A DNA stretch of 64,000 bases from a virus. The notes beneath the pieces are model-generated. The model was given only the letters and a program-made list of their open reading frames with translations. It ran no database searches and was not told where the DNA came from. A program made the position numbers and the translations under genes. Below, piece by piece: positions 10,394 through 21,198 of the stretch (positions are counted from its first letter, which is position 1; each line of letters starts with the position of its first letter). Location of the stretch: the IMG/VR virus record IMGVR_UViG_3300033143_001281, positions 16,271 through 80,270 of that record; one strand, given 5' to 3'.

Positions 10394-10936
10394 ATGGCAT
10401 CATCTATAGTAGCAACATCTAATACTGCTCAAGAAAAAGAATTGAGTCTTTTAAAGAGAATCAAGACTGAGCAGAATTTTGCAAAACAAGCTTATGCTAA
10501 GTTTCAATCTGCAAGGTTTGGAATTGCATCATGTTGTTATACAGATTTTCAATCTGCTAATGTAAAAAAAGAATTATGTGATTGGCAAAATGCTGCTTCA
10601 TCAAAAGTTGTTGTAGCATCAGGTGTATCAGGAGTATTTGTTGAACCATTGGCTTCAATAAATATTAAGGCAAGCCAATCATGTCCTCCTACACCAACCA
10701 ACGTCTGTACAGTATTAGATTTAGCAGAAATAATTGCTGATACTGGAACATATGTTTTCTGTCAAGATGCACCATTGGCTGTTTGGACTATTACTCATAA
10801 CATGGGTAAATTTCCTTCAGTTACAGTTGTAGACAGCGGTAATAGTGTTGTTGTAGGAGATATAGATTATACTAATTCAAATGTATTAGTTATAACATTT
10901 GCAAGTCCATTTAATGGGTGTGCATATTTAAATTAA
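10394..10936 (+). CDS. Virion fibre-associated protein
   Basis: C-terminal WTITHNMGKFPSVTVVDSGN...GDIDY beta-domain common in phage fibre proteins. Confidence 0.6.
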   Translation: MASSIVATSNTAQEKELSLLKRIKTEQNFAKQAYAKFQSARFGIASCCYTDFQSANVKKELCDWQNAASSKVVVASGVSGVFVEPLASINIKASQSCPPTPTNVCTVLDLAEIIADTGTYVFCQDAPLAVWTITHNMGKFPSVTVVDSGNSVVVGDIDYTNSNVLVITFASPFNGCAYLN

Positions 10937-10970
10937 ATAAAGTAAAACAATAACAATAAATTAAATAATT

Positions 10971-13286
10971 ATGGCAAGTATCAAATTTTTAAATAATATT
11001 ACCTTAGTGGGTAATCAGCTAGAATTAGCTAGGATTCAAAATTTAGGTAGTGCTCCCACGGTTTACGGTGATGGTCAATTATATTATGATACTGCCACCA
11101 ACAAACTTACATTACGTGAAAATGGAAATTGGGTGCCTATCCAAACAGGACCAGAAATATCTTATGATTTAACTGTCCCAAGTGGAACAACAGCAATTAG
11201 ATTAACTGATGGAACTACAAATGATGATATCACTATTACAGGTGGTACAAATGTAACAGTTGTAAGAACAAGCGCAACAGAGCTTACTATTAATGCAACA
11301 GATTCTGCTGCAGGTACAGTAACTAGTGTAGCTGGAGGAACTGGTATTACAATAAGTGGTACACCTACAGTTACACCAACTGTTAATATAGATTACTTAG
11401 GTGCAGACAACGCAATTTTAGCCACGCCATCAAGTGCAACTCCTGTTGGTGCTGATACAGTGTGGTTCTCAGATGCTGATGATAGTAACATCAAAAAAGC
11501 TACTATTTCATCATTTCCAGGTTTTGGTAAAGATGGTACAGTAACAAGCGTTGGTACTAGTAACTCAACATTTATATCTGGATCAGGTGGACCAATTACA
11601 AGCTCAGGATCTTTAACATATAGTTTAAGTGCAACAGGAACACCAAGTGCAACTACATTCCTTAGAGGTGATAATGCTTGGGCTACTCCTGCTGGTGCAT
11701 ATACAGACTGGAAATTAATTGGTGATGGCGGTACACCTGTAGATATTGGTGATGGTGAATCAGTAAACTTTATAGGTGGTGCAGGTATTGATGCTACAGC
11801 TGCAAGTGGAACGCCAAATACTTTAACATTAGCTTTAGATCTTAATGAATTACAAGCTGTATCCGCAGCTTCATCTGATTATATTGCTATTGTAGATTCA
11901 ACAGATAACTCTACTAAAAAAGCATTGGTTAGTAGTTTACCATTTACTAACAATAGTGGTGTAACTTCAATTAACTTAGCTGGTGATAGTGGTTCAACAA
12001 GTGCTATTACTTCAACAGGTACATTTACTATTGCAGGCGGGACAAACGTTACAACATCTGCTACAGGTACTACAGTAACAATTAATTCTACAGATCAATT
12101 CCAAGGTACAGTAACAAGTGTAACTGCAGGGCTTGGTTTAACGCAGACTGGTACAAGCACTGTTAATCCTACAATATTAGTAGATTACTCTAATGCAGGT
12201 ATTATTGCTGATGCAACCGGTATGTCAGGTTCTGCAGAATCAGATGATATAATTTTATTAGCTGATGATAGTTTAAGTGGTGCTGTTAGAAGTGCTTCTT
12301 TAGTTGATATCCCATTAAACGTATTAGGACAACCTAATGCATCTGTAAATTTAGGCTCTCAGAAAATAACTTCTCTTGCTAATGGTACTGCTAGTTCAGA
12401 TGCTGTTAATTTAGGACAAGTACAAGGATTAATTGCAGGAGTAGGTTTATTCAAAGGTGGATATAATGCAAATACAGGTTTAACTACAGACTTAGGTGCA
12501 GGAAATGGTTCATTAGATGGGGCAAGTAACATTGCTTTAGACTTAGGTGACTTCTTTGCTGTAACAGTTGCGGGTACTGCGTTTTTTACAGAGACGTTAG
12601 AACCTGGAGATATGATCTATGCTAACACTGATATTGCAGCTAATTCAAGTCCTTCAATTAGTGATTATACTGTAGTAATACAAGATGCAAACGTTGCAGG
12701 TGTAGGTGCTACAGATGGTGGCACAGATAAAGGTGTTGCTGGATTTAGTAGTGCATCTTTTGCTGGTACATCAAATGGATTTATTACAATTAAAGCTGGT
12801 GGTATTAGTGATGCTCAGTTAGCAAGTACATTTAATAAGATCATTGGTACGGACTCAGATATTAATACTTCAGGTGTTATTGTAATTGATCAGTTAAATA
12901 TGACTGATGGTGTTATTCAGTCACACACTACAAGATCATTACCTAATTCTACAGAAACATCAGTTGGTGTAACTGAAATTGCTACACAAGCAGAAGTAGA
13001 TGCTGGAACAGATGATTTCAGATATGTTACTCCTGAGAAGTTAGCAAATTATGCAAGTATTAAAACTTTTGTAGGTACGTATCCTGCTACAAATACTAAT
13101 AGCTGGACAGTAGCCCATGGTTTAGGAACAGCTGATGTAATTGTACAAATTTATGAGTTATCATCAGGAGCAACTGTATATGCAGATGTACAAAGAGATA
13201 CGTCTTCTCCATATAGTTTAACTATCAACACAGGATCAACTACTACAGCAAGTACGCTTAGAGTTATGGTTACTAGGGTAGGATAA
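10971..13286 (+). CDS. Tail fibre protein 1
   Basis: 771 aa, T/S/G-rich, with repeated GTVTSV units, an ATQAEVDAGTDD...VTP motif and a C-terminal WTVAHGLG domain. Confidence 0.8.
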   Translation: MASIKFLNNITLVGNQLELARIQNLGSAPTVYGDGQLYYDTATNKLTLRENGNWVPIQTGPEISYDLTVPSGTTAIRLTDGTTNDDITITGGTNVTVVRTSATELTINATDSAAGTVTSVAGGTGITISGTPTVTPTVNIDYLGADNAILATPSSATPVGADTVWFSDADDSNIKKATISSFPGFGKDGTVTSVGTSNSTFISGSGGPITSSGSLTYSLSATGTPSATTFLRGDNAWATPAGAYTDWKLIGDGGTPVDIGDGESVNFIGGAGIDATAASGTPNTLTLALDLNELQAVSAASSDYIAIVDSTDNSTKKALVSSLPFTNNSGVTSINLAGDSGSTSAITSTGTFTIAGGTNVTTSATGTTVTINSTDQFQGTVTSVTAGLGLTQTGTSTVNPTILVDYSNAGIIADATGMSGSAESDDIILLADDSLSGAVRSASLVDIPLNVLGQPNASVNLGSQKITSLANGTASSDAVNLGQVQGLIAGVGLFKGGYNANTGLTTDLGAGNGSLDGASNIALDLGDFFAVTVAGTAFFTETLEPGDMIYANTDIAANSSPSISDYTVVIQDANVAGVGATDGGTDKGVAGFSSASFAGTSNGFITIKAGGISDAQLASTFNKIIGTDSDINTSGVIVIDQLNMTDGVIQSHTTRSLPNSTETSVGVTEIATQAEVDAGTDDFRYVTPEKLANYASIKTFVGTYPATNTNSWTVAHGLGTADVIVQIYELSSGATVYADVQRDTSSPYSLTINTGSTTTASTLRVMVTRVG

Positions 13287-13295
13287 TAAATATTC

Positions 13296-13323
13296 AGAGA
13301 GGATAATTAATTTTATCCTCTCT
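13296..13323 (+). terminator. Intergenic hairpin / probable terminator
   Basis: AGAGAGGATAA-TTAATT-TTATCCTCTCT with a perfect stem. Confidence 0.65.
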
Positions 13324-13334
13324 AAATTATTTTG

Positions 13335-13342
13335 TATTTTTG
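13335..13342 (+). promoter_or_regulatory. Bacteroidota -7 promoter box (TATTTTTG)
   Basis: Matches TAnnTTTG, 15 nt upstream of the tail fibre 2 start. Confidence 0.4.
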
Positions 13343-13357
13343 GTAAAAATTATATAG

Positions 13358-16300
13358 ATGGCAATAAAATTCTTAAATAGTCAATCCATAACGGGTTCCC
13401 TTACAGTTAGTTCAATATCTAATGCGTCATCTGATACAGATAAGTTTTTAGTAAGTGATAATGGTATTATTAAATATAGAACTGGTGCTCAAGTTTTAGC
13501 AGATATAGGGGCTGGTACAGGTGATGGTTCTGTAACTTCTGTAGGTTTAGGATCATTAGATGGAATATCTGGTTCTATTGCTAATCAAACTACAACACCA
13601 TCAATAAGTCTTACAAATACTGATAAAGGATCAGCACAAAATATATTTAAAAATGTTGCGGTTTCAGGACAAGGAACAATTGTAGCTGATTCAAATAATG
13701 ATACTATAACGTTAGTAGGTACAGGTGTATCAATAACTACTAATGCTACAACTGATACAATTACATTTTCAGCATCTAATAATTATTTAACAAGTGCAAC
13801 ATTTAATACTTCAGACGGTGTATTAACACTTAATAGACAAGGTCTTTCTGCAGTAACTGTTGATCTTGATGGTAGATACGTTACATCTTCAGGTGTAACA
13901 TCTGTTGCAACAACTTTTCCTGTATTAGGAGGAACAATTACAAGTACAGGAACTATTAGTGTTAAAACACCTGAAAGTGGAGATTGGTGGAATGGCGGTG
14001 TACCTGTAGTAGGAACAGATGGTGTAATGGAAATTGGTAAGTATATTGATTTTCACGCTACTGATACTGCTACTTCAGATTTTGATGTAAGATTAACAGC
14101 TACAACTGGTAGTTTAGATGTATCAGGAGATATAGTAATAGGTGGTGGTGATATAACTCTAACTGGTACAGGAAGAATTCAAGGTGTGGATACTGTATCT
14201 GCAGGAACTGATGCAGCTAATAAAACTTATGTAGATAATGCTGTTAGTGGTTTTGTTGATGGTTCTGGTACAGCTAATGATGTAGCAATGTGGTCAGATA
14301 GTGATACATTAACAGATGCACCAATAGCTATTTCTGGAAATAATGCAACTTTTGCAGGGACAGTTTATATACCTTCAAAGTTAGAGCATACTGGAGATAG
14401 TGATACTTTTTTGAATTTTTCAGATAATACTATAACACTAACCGCAGGTAACTCTTCTACAATTTTTTCAGGTAATGGTAATGTAACTTTTCCAGGTGAT
14501 ATTTCTATTGCAGGTGGTGATATTACTTCTAATGGTATACAAATTATAAGTAATTCAGCTTCATCAAATCATTTAAAAATAGGTGATATTTCTGTTGATG
14601 ATTCTATACAACAAATCTATTTAGATACATGGGGTGCTACACAAATATATTTAGATGATAATGAAACTGATATTAAAAGTGATACAGTAAAATTTTCTGG
14701 TGGAATACAAACATCAGCACCAACAACTTATTTAGGTTTAACATCAACTAATTTATTAACAGAAAGAACTCTAGCACAAACTAAAACAGATTTAGGTATT
14801 ATTACTACTGTTCAAACTGCAAATCAAAATAGGATAGCAGTTAGTAACATTAATGGGCCGGTTGTATCAATAGATGCAAATACATCAGCAGTAAGCAGTT
14901 CTTCATCAAATTTAGCTACAGGTGCACAAATACAAACAGCTATAGATACAGCAATAACAGGAGTATTAAAATATCAAGGAACCTGGAATGCATCTTCAAA
15001 TTCACCAACATTAACAAGTGGATCAGGTACACCAGGTTATTATTACATTGTATCAACAGCAGGATCTACTAACCTAGATGGCATAACAGATTGGGCCGTA
15101 GGAGATTGGGCAGTATTTTCTGATTTAGCAACAGATGCATGGCAAAAAATAGATAACACTCAAGTTGGTAATGTAACAGGTTCTGGAGCAAGTGGTAAAG
15201 TTGCTTTTTGGAATAGTTCATCAAATATAACAAGTAATTCAGCATTTACTTATGATGGCAATAATTTAGCTGTTGGTGGCAGCATGACCTGGTCGGGTGG
15301 TAGTTCAACTGAATCTAATTTAGCTTATGATAGAAGTATTACTTCATTTGGTGATTCAGGTACGTCTACCGTGACGTTAACAATAGGTAGACAAGATGGT
15401 AATACTTTAAGCACATCATTTAACGTACCACAAGGAACTGTAACTGGTACTGGGTCTAGTGGAAGAGTAACATATTGGAATTCTTCAACAGGTGTAACAA
15501 GTAATTCAGCTTTCACATTTACAACTAATAATGGTGGTAGATTACAAGCAAATAATGTAATTCTTCCAAATGATGGAAATTATTTAGGTTTTGATACAAG
15601 TGGTAATGCTAGAACTGTAGCAACACTTGATTCTAGTAATAATATTGAAATATCAAACGCTGCTTTACAAAGCGGATCTAATACAAATATATATGGTGGT
15701 GATAATACTATATTTTATGTAGGAGGTTCAGAAGAATTAAGAATAAATAATGTAGGAGCTATTGGTATTGCTGGAACAAATTATGGTACATCAGGACAAG
15801 TTTTAACTTCTTCTGGTTCAGGATCAAATCCAACATGGTCAAATCCAAGTACAGGTAGCAACAATTATGTAAGCTCTGTTAGTTTTAATACTAGTGATGG
15901 TATACTTACTCTTAATAGAAATGGATTAAGTGCTCTAACTGTTGATTTAGATGGTAGATATAATCCTACTATAGGTACAGATACTGATATCAATACATCA
16001 GGATATAGTATTATTGATCAGATTAACATGACTGATGGAGTTATAACATCTACTGGTGCAAGAAACTTATTAAATGTACATATAGAAGATACTAGAGCAG
16101 CAGAAAAAACACCTAATGATTATCAGGACAAAGCATTATCACTTGACTTTACAGATGAATTTGGTTCACTAGGATCATGGTGGAGTGGTATTACTATGAA
16201 AGGTTGGGCTGATAATTATCAAGCATGGCAGCTTATTAGTGGTTCTGATACAAGTGCTGATAACGTATTATATTTTAGAACTGGTATTGGTACAACATGG

Positions 16301-17629
16301 GGAGACATGCATGAAGTATGGGGTTCCATGAGTTCTAAAGGAGAATTTGGTGATAATCATAGTATTACAGGTGATAGATCTTTTGCTTTAGGTGATGGTA
16401 ATACTGCATCTGGTATTAATTCAGTTGCTTCAGGTAATATAACTACTGCATCAAATTTTGCATCAGTTGCATTTGGATATGATACTACAGCTAGTGGGGC
16501 AACTTCTATGGCTATAGGAGCATTAACAACAGCCTCTGGATCTAATTCATTTGCAGCTAATGGAAATTCAAGAGCAACTGGTCAAGATTCATCATCTTTT
16601 GGTCAAGAAACTTTAGCATCTGGTAATCAGTCCTTTTCTATAGGGTATAAGACAACAGCAAGTGGTGATTCCGCATTTTGTGGAGGTGGTGAAGGTTCTT
16701 CTGCTACTAATACAAACTCTTTTGCTTTTGGTGCAGATGTAGATGTTACGGCTGCACACAGTGCTGGTTTTGGTAGAACACATGATATTTCTGGTGTAGA
16801 ACATTTAGTAGGTGGTTTATCTAATACTATTAGTGGGGGTGCCAATTTAGTTGGTGGATCAATAAATACATTAGCAGGTTCACCTGAAGGTTTACTTATG
16901 TGTGGTGCTAGTAATTCTAATTTAAGTGGTGCTGGTGATTATAGTTTAATAGTAGGTCAATCTAATCAATGTCAATTTGGTGATTGGAGTTTTACTGGTG
17001 GTAAAGATTCAGACAACTTTAGTAATTTTGGTATTGCATATGGTTCTGGTGCTACTGCAAGTAAAGCAAATACAAATTTTGCTTTTGGGGAAGGTGTTAC
17101 AACACCAACTAATGCAACAGCAGCAAATGATGCTAATCAATTTGTGGTTGGTAAATATAATAGTTATAGTGATGGTAGAATACATAGATTTTCAGTAGGT
17201 AATGGTACAAGTGATCTTAGCAGATTCACTGCATTTTGTGTAGATAATTCAAGTAGAGTTGGTATCAAAGATCCTACGCCATCATATGAATTAGATGTAA
17301 CAGGAACAATTAGAGCAACTGGTAACGTTATAGCATTTTCTGATGAAAGAGTTAAAGAAAATATTAAAACAATTGATTCAGCATTAGATAAAGTAAATAA
17401 TTTAAGAGGTGTTGAGTTTAATAAAATAGGTGAAGAAAAAAAGTCTATTGGTGTTATAGCCCAAGAAATAGAAAAGATACTTCCAGAAGTAGTTGAAACA
17501 GATGATAAAGGAATGAAATCAGTTGCTTATGGAAATATTGTAGGTGTCCTTATAGAAGCTGTTAAAGAACAACAAGCACAAATAAATCAACTTACAGATA
17601 TAGTAGAAGAATTAACTAAGAGAGTTTAA
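13358..17629 (+). CDS. Tail fibre/spike protein 2 with YadA-head-like repeats and C-terminal peptidase S74 intramolecular chaperone
   Basis: 1423 aa with ~14-aa ASGxxSxAxG repeats (~16360-16760) and a C-terminal FSDERVKENI...GVIAQE...VAYGNIVGVLIEAVKE followed by a coiled coil. Confidence 0.88.
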   Translation: MAIKFLNSQSITGSLTVSSISNASSDTDKFLVSDNGIIKYRTGAQVLADIGAGTGDGSVTSVGLGSLDGISGSIANQTTTPSISLTNTDKGSAQNIFKNVAVSGQGTIVADSNNDTITLVGTGVSITTNATTDTITFSASNNYLTSATFNTSDGVLTLNRQGLSAVTVDLDGRYVTSSGVTSVATTFPVLGGTITSTGTISVKTPESGDWWNGGVPVVGTDGVMEIGKYIDFHATDTATSDFDVRLTATTGSLDVSGDIVIGGGDITLTGTGRIQGVDTVSAGTDAANKTYVDNAVSGFVDGSGTANDVAMWSDSDTLTDAPIAISGNNATFAGTVYIPSKLEHTGDSDTFLNFSDNTITLTAGNSSTIFSGNGNVTFPGDISIAGGDITSNGIQIISNSASSNHLKIGDISVDDSIQQIYLDTWGATQIYLDDNETDIKSDTVKFSGGIQTSAPTTYLGLTSTNLLTERTLAQTKTDLGIITTVQTANQNRIAVSNINGPVVSIDANTSAVSSSSSNLATGAQIQTAIDTAITGVLKYQGTWNASSNSPTLTSGSGTPGYYYIVSTAGSTNLDGITDWAVGDWAVFSDLATDAWQKIDNTQVGNVTGSGASGKVAFWNSSSNITSNSAFTYDGNNLAVGGSMTWSGGSSTESNLAYDRSITSFGDSGTSTVTLTIGRQDGNTLSTSFNVPQGTVTGTGSSGRVTYWNSSTGVTSNSAFTFTTNNGGRLQANNVILPNDGNYLGFDTSGNARTVATLDSSNNIEISNAALQSGSNTNIYGGDNTIFYVGGSEELRINNVGAIGIAGTNYGTSGQVLTSSGSGSNPTWSNPSTGSNNYVSSVSFNTSDGILTLNRNGLSALTVDLDGRYNPTIGTDTDINTSGYSIIDQINMTDGVITSTGARNLLNVHIEDTRAAEKTPNDYQDKALSLDFTDEFGSLGSWWSGITMKGWADNYQAWQLISGSDTSADNVLYFRTGIGTTWGDMHEVWGSMSSKGEFGDNHSITGDRSFALGDGNTASGINSVASGNITTASNFASVAFGYDTTASGATSMAIGALTTASGSNSFAANGNSRATGQDSSSFGQETLASGNQSFSIGYKTTASGDSAFCGGGEGSSATNTNSFAFGADVDVTAAHSAGFGRTHDISGVEHLVGGLSNTISGGANLVGGSINTLAGSPEGLLMCGASNSNLSGAGDYSLIVGQSNQCQFGDWSFTGGKDSDNFSNFGIAYGSGATASKANTNFAFGEGVTTPTNATAANDANQFVVGKYNSYSDGRIHRFSVGNGTSDLSRFTAFCVDNSSRVGIKDPTPSYELDVTGTIRATGNVIAFSDERVKENIKTIDSALDKVNNLRGVEFNKIGEEKKSIGVIAQEIEKILPEVVETDDKGMKSVAYGNIVGVLIEAVKEQQAQINQLTDIVEELTKRV

Positions 17630-17631
17630 TA

Positions 17632-18114
17632 ATGGGAATAGTTACTTCAGGTGTATTGTTTTTAGGTAATAGTGAAGAAATAGTAGATGGAAGATCTATT
17701 GCCCGTGAATTAGGAAGAGAAAACGGAGGTGAAGTTTCCTTGGGAGAATCATCCGCAAGAGCTTTAGCACAAAGAGAAGGAACTCAAGAAATATCAATGC
17801 AGGACTTTTATGGTAAATCTCAAGCACAGTGTTTTCCACATCTATTTGGTTTTGATTCTAAAGATCCGAGAGTTGCATGTAAAAATTTTGGTACTGGATC
17901 TTTAACAGTATATTCTACACAGTCTATTGATTGTGATAGTTTTCAACAATGGAATGAAACAGGAGGTTCTTCCCCTTTCTTTATGGATGGATCATGTACA
18001 CAATCATGGATAAGAATACTTTTTGGATGGTATAGTTTTCAAAATGGACTAGGAGAGATATGGACTGTTAATTTTGGATCTAGTGGTTGGAACAAATGTA
18101 ACCCATGCAGTTAA
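17632..18114 (+). CDS. Fibre-associated small protein
   Basis: Translationally coupled to the fibre gene; has the ISMQDFYGKS motif often seen after S74 fibres and a Cys-rich C-half. Confidence 0.55.
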   Translation: MGIVTSGVLFLGNSEEIVDGRSIARELGRENGGEVSLGESSARALAQREGTQEISMQDFYGKSQAQCFPHLFGFDSKDPRVACKNFGTGSLTVYSTQSIDCDSFQQWNETGGSSPFFMDGSCTQSWIRILFGWYSFQNGLGEIWTVNFGSSGWNKCNPCS

Positions 18115-18161
18115 AGAAAATAATTTTTATTATATTTACATAAAATTTTAAAATTTCTATA

Positions 18162-18554
18162 ATGGCAAAAAGAAAAACTAGAAAAAAAACAGTTAAAAAA
18201 TCTGTTGAAAAACAAACAAAAGAATTAGGACCTGATGATATTAAATATACTTGGGAAATTGTTTCAATAGTTACATCTGCACAATCAACTATTGAACAAA
18301 TTATATACGAACTTCACGGTACTGTTGGTAAATATTCTACAAAGAAAACGGCAGCAGCAACTGGAGCACTAGCTCTTTCATTTGATCCAAAAGATGAATA
18401 TACTACTACAGATTACAATCAGTTTAAAAAAAATGATTTAATAAAATATGTAAAAAGTAAATTGAGTGATAAATACTTAAATAGTTTAAAAAATATTATT
18501 ACTCAAGAATTATTTGGAAATAAAAAAATAATTTCTGGATCTGATTTAAAATAA
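18162..18554 (+). CDS. Hypothetical protein (possible fibre assembly chaperone)
   Basis: 130 aa with a basic N-tail and a YTWEI...DYNQFKKNDLIKYVK pattern. Confidence 0.5.
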   Translation: MAKRKTRKKTVKKSVEKQTKELGPDDIKYTWEIVSIVTSAQSTIEQIIYELHGTVGKYSTKKTAAATGALALSFDPKDEYTTTDYNQFKKNDLIKYVKSKLSDKYLNSLKNIITQELFGNKKIISGSDLK

Positions 18555-18559
18555 TTTAC

Positions 18560-18567
18560 TATATTTG
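18560..18567 (+). promoter_or_regulatory. Bacteroidota -7 promoter box (TATATTTG)
   Basis: Matches TAnnTTTG upstream of ORF 18589. Confidence 0.4.
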
Positions 18568-18588
18568 TTAATATAAAAACCAAATAAG

Positions 18589-18843
18589 ATGGCTAAAGCA
18601 AAAACAAAAAAGGCAGCTAAATCAATTACAGCTGCAGAGTTAAAAGAAGTACAAGATGTTCAGACAACACTTAATCAAGTTATTTATAACATAGGTGCTG
18701 CTGAAATAGCAACTCAGAAATTGCATGAAGCTCATGCATCTGCAAATGCAAAATTTCAAGAAGTTACTGCAAAACTACAAAAAAAATACGGTGAGGTTAA
18801 TGTAGATTTATCTACAGGTAATATTACACCAATAGAGGCATAA
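18589..18843 (+). CDS. Small coiled-coil protein
   Basis: 84 aa ending KYGEVNVDLSTGNI, a pattern seen in small marine phage proteins. Confidence 0.6.
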   Translation: MAKAKTKKAAKSITAAELKEVQDVQTTLNQVIYNIGAAEIATQKLHEAHASANAKFQEVTAKLQKKYGEVNVDLSTGNITPIEA

Positions 18844-18906
18844 TACTCCACTTCTCATAATATTCTTACAAAAGTTTTTAAGATCAGACTTTTCTGGTTT
18901 TAAAAA

Positions 18907-18926
18907 TTTTTGTATATTATAATTGT
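18907..18926 (+). promoter_or_regulatory. Putative phage promoter motif (TTTTTGTATATTATAATTGT)
   Basis: Recurring GTATATTAT motif upstream of ORF 18971. Confidence 0.5.
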
Positions 18927-18970
18927 ATAGTTTGTAAGTCAGAAGTACATTATAATAAAAAAGAATATTT

Positions 18971-21181
18971 ATGATCCCAACAAATTCAAGTATAACCACA
19001 AACGGTTGTGATAATATATCATCCAATTGTGTAATTTGGCAAGGGCCAGATATTGCATGTATAGATTTATGTACTGGTGATACTATAAGCATAGTTACAA
19101 AAAAAATTGCAGATAAGGTTTGTCAAATTATAACTGATGGTGTAACTGCTAATCCGGACTTAACAGGATTAGATTTAAGTTGTCTTAATATTCAAGGTGT
19201 AACACCAACAGAATTGGTTCCTGTTCTTCAGGCAATGGTTACTCAAATATGTGCTAACACAAATAGTAGTGGCGGTGGAGGTCTTGGTCCTTTACCAACT
19301 ATGACATTACCTGCTTGTTTAGTGTATGATGATCCAAGTGGAAACCCAGTAACACAATTACCACTAGATCAATTTGCTACATTAATTGCAAATCAGGTAT
19401 GTACTAATTTAGCAAGTATTACTACTATAAATGCTACTTTAACAAGTTACAATACTAGAATTACAACTTTAGAAAATTGTGTTTTACCTTGTGGTGGTTC
19501 AGTAGCAGAAGTTCAAATAGTACCTACTTGTGTAAGTAATGTAGGTCAATTAACTAATGTATCAGTAGTAGTATTAGCACTTGAAAGTGCGTTTTGTGCA
19601 TTACAAACGGCTGTTGGTTTACCTGGAGCTATATCTTCTGCAATATCTCAAACAGTAATTACAGGATCTTATAATACACTAACAGATAATAGTGTTTCCT
19701 ATGGAAGTATTGTTGGTTGGAATAATAGTCCAAGTACATTGGCAGAAAGCGTTCAAAATGCATGGGTTGTAATTGATGATTTATATAGTGCAGTAGCAGC
19801 TATACAAACAAATTGTTGTCCTGGTGGATGTGACAGTGTAGTTTTTGCATACTCTACATCTACTCAAATTAATACATCAGGTGTAATAACAGGTATTAAT
19901 TTTGATTTTACAGGATCTACTATACCTGCTTCATTTAATGATACATCAGGTTATTCTATTATTACTTTAACAGATGCAAATGGAGCTTCAACAAATACAG
20001 TATTTAGTGTAGCAAGTTTACAAAATAATCCAGCAGGATTATTAGTGTCAACTGGAACTTTAAATACTTTTCAAAATATTCAAGTTTCTTTAAGTTTCTC
20101 AGTTACTGATGGTAGTGATACATGTGAAGCAGCTCAAAATTCTGTGGTTAATGGCGTAATACCTTGTCCAACTATGTTATCATCAGGAATTACTACAACA
20201 GAAGCAACAATATCATTTGGTAATTTATTAGGTACTAGTGCTGTATATACATTAGACTTGTTAGATGTTAGCAATAATGTGGTTGCTACACAAGTATTTA
20301 ATAATCCAGGTGTATCATTAACACATACATTTACAGGATTAACTCCAGGTAGTAATTATACAGCTAGGCTTACTATAGGTATTGGTGGAGCAACTGAGGT
20401 GTGTACTAATACAATTAATTTTACAACAGTTAATGGTGCAGCACCATGTACAGATGGTATGGATGTAGCATTTGTTATTGATTACACTTTCTCTATGGGT
20501 AGTGAAATAAATGCAATTAAAACTGGATTTGCTTCATTAGTAAACACTATTCAAACAAGCTCAGGAGCTAATAACTATAGAATAGGTGTTACTACTGCTG
20601 ATGAATATACAGATCCTACTACTCAACCTACTTATAGTGCATGTGCTGATTATCAAGCATTACCAGCTTCGCAAAGAATTATAAATACAGGAATAGGACA
20701 TACACAAGTTATTACAGCTTGGGAAATGTTCTCAGATAATAATGGTGCAAGTGCTACAACACAAGTTAATTTACTTAATGATGGTGTGGGTGATGGTACA
20801 GGATGTATTCAATTAGGTAATGGTGGTGGTGCTCCTGAACCAACAGATATGGCCATAAATCAAATATTAAATAATGATTTCTTAGGCGCTTGGAGACCAA
20901 ACGTTGCTAAGTATATTATTGTTATAACAGATGAATTGTCAGGTGGTCCAGACGATAGCTTTACTGCAGTAGATTATGCACAAATACAAACGTTTATTAA
21001 TCAAGCATTAGCACAAGGAGTTACAATATTTGTTCTAGGTGAAGGGGTTGATAAAACATTTAATAATGGTGGTACTTTAGTATTCCCATGGAGAGAGTTA
21101 GCAGATCAAACAGGAGGTAGTTGGAATATAAATGAAGATCCATCTACAATAAATGCAGAAATAGTAGCTGGTTGTTCATAA
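18971..21181 (+). CDS. Cys-rich virion protein with FN3 and C-terminal vWA domains
   Basis: FN3-like TFTGLTPGSNYTARL; vWA MIDAS-like MDVAFVIDYTFSM...IIVITDE...LADQTGG. Confidence 0.75.
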   Translation: MIPTNSSITTNGCDNISSNCVIWQGPDIACIDLCTGDTISIVTKKIADKVCQIITDGVTANPDLTGLDLSCLNIQGVTPTELVPVLQAMVTQICANTNSSGGGGLGPLPTMTLPACLVYDDPSGNPVTQLPLDQFATLIANQVCTNLASITTINATLTSYNTRITTLENCVLPCGGSVAEVQIVPTCVSNVGQLTNVSVVVLALESAFCALQTAVGLPGAISSAISQTVITGSYNTLTDNSVSYGSIVGWNNSPSTLAESVQNAWVVIDDLYSAVAAIQTNCCPGGCDSVVFAYSTSTQINTSGVITGINFDFTGSTIPASFNDTSGYSIITLTDANGASTNTVFSVASLQNNPAGLLVSTGTLNTFQNIQVSLSFSVTDGSDTCEAAQNSVVNGVIPCPTMLSSGITTTEATISFGNLLGTSAVYTLDLLDVSNNVVATQVFNNPGVSLTHTFTGLTPGSNYTARLTIGIGGATEVCTNTINFTTVNGAAPCTDGMDVAFVIDYTFSMGSEINAIKTGFASLVNTIQTSSGANNYRIGVTTADEYTDPTTQPTYSACADYQALPASQRIINTGIGHTQVITAWEMFSDNNGASATTQVNLLNDGVGDGTGCIQLGNGGGAPEPTDMAINQILNNDFLGAWRPNVAKYIIVITDELSGGPDDSFTAVDYAQIQTFINQALAQGVTIFVLGEGVDKTFNNGGTLVFPWRELADQTGGSWNINEDPSTINAEIVAGCS

Positions 21182-21198
21182 AATAAAAAAGAATTAAA

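Noticed and set aside
10971-18114. Diversity-generating retroelement or invertible fibre cassette
   Set aside because: No reverse transcriptase, no adenine-specific TR/VR pair, no invertase and no reversed gene tips. The fibre repeats differ at varied positions.
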